A stretch of 64,000 nt of DNA from Candidatus Marinacidobacterales bacterium. Its GTDB lineage: Bacteria > Acidobacteriota > Vicinamibacteria > Marinacidobacterales > SMYC01. Shown one piece after another: positions 63,455 to 64,000 of this stretch. The notes under the pieces are model-generated. The model was given only the letters and a program-made list of their open reading frames with translations. It ran no database searches and was not told the origin of the DNA. Position numbers and translations under genes: made by a program. The stretch covers positions 128,001-192,000 of the forward strand of contig CBDCYI010000011.1 of NCBI GenBank assembly GCA_965224085.1. The letters are read 5' to 3'. Each line of letters begins with the position of its first letter. The stretch's first letter is position 1.

Positions 63455-64000
63455 AAACAGAAAATTGCCCCGGGCGGGAGTGATCCCGTCCAGCAAACCG
63501 GCTCAAATCGGTGAAACCCTAGCGGCGCTTTAGCAGGTGCGCCGCGGGCAATACCGAGGGTAAGATCGCAGCGATCCAAATTGGGTCGCGGCTTTCCCCG
63601 TAACGACTCAGGGATTGAGACCCCTGGATGGTTTCTTCCTCGGAAGACTCCATAATACGCCGGCCCTGGTCCTTTTCTGGTGAATGTCGATTCCTACATC
63701 TCCGGATTCGTAGATGGAGAACGCTGCTTTTTGCGTGTCGTTCCAGCCCAGTCGGAGACATCGACTTGGTTGGGAAGCGCGTCCGAGCTTCTCGGTCAGC
63801 CAGAATGGTGACCGAGCCGAACTCCTATACGAGATTCAACAACGCTGGGGGTGTGGTTTCATTCGACCCGATCGGTCGGACAAGACTCTCAAATACGAGG
63901 TGCGGAACATTCACGACTTGGTGGAGAAAGTTCTCCCCCATTTCGAGTCGTTCCCGCTCTTGTCATCGAAACAAACCGACATAACGCTGTTTCGCGAGAT
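63455..64000 (+). ncRNA. Group I intron at 23S position 1951 (partial)
   Basis: Follows CGGGT, with IGS GCCC. Different core (AAATCGGTG / AATACCGAG / GTAACGACT); contains an endonuclease ORF. Confidence 0.85.
63680..64000 (+). pseudogene. Single-motif LAGLIDADG homing endonuclease, frameshifted, partial
   Basis: VNVDSYISGFVDGERCF, then after one extra T in a T5 run (63728-63732) CVSFQPSRRHRLGWEARPSFSVSQNGDRAELLYEIQQRWGCGFIRPDRSDKTLKYEVR...LPHFESFPLLSSKQ. Confidence 0.88.

Overview
GC-rich bacterial chromosome segment. 16S signatures and the gene repertoire (TonB receptor with N-terminal carboxypeptidase-like domain, tandem-MacB/FtsX permease, HEAT and PD40 repeat proteins) suggest Acidobacteriota, which is an inference. 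(1) 0.6-26.9 kb is a catabolic island bracketed by inward-facing right ends of one IS1634-family element. It encodes an opine/D-hydroxyproline-dehydrogenase-like heterotrimer, three DHDPS-family paralogs, SDRs, a class-III aminotransferase, an M20 hydrolase, an enolase-superfamily enzyme plus a decayed inverted duplicate, a TAXI-TRAP transporter, TauD, an S9 peptidase, an atypical GGT and a TonB receptor. (2) 27-53 kb has housekeeping genes (tadA, tRNA-Ser, SNF2-SWIM, argGH, purMN, tyrS) interleaved with deletion-fused gene fragments, two tnpA-only IS200/IS605 copies, an intact IS1634 and a MITE. A PspF-like sigma54 activator faces a candidate hairpin RNA/small peptide. (3) 53-58 kb is a head-to-tail triple array of one DDE IS. 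(4) 58.4-64 kb is an rRNA operon whose 23S gene carries three group I introns (E. coli positions 1917, 1931, 1951) separated by 14- and 20-nt micro-exons. The third intron holds a frameshifted LAGLIDADG endonuclease. Coordinates were read by eye and may be off by a few bases.
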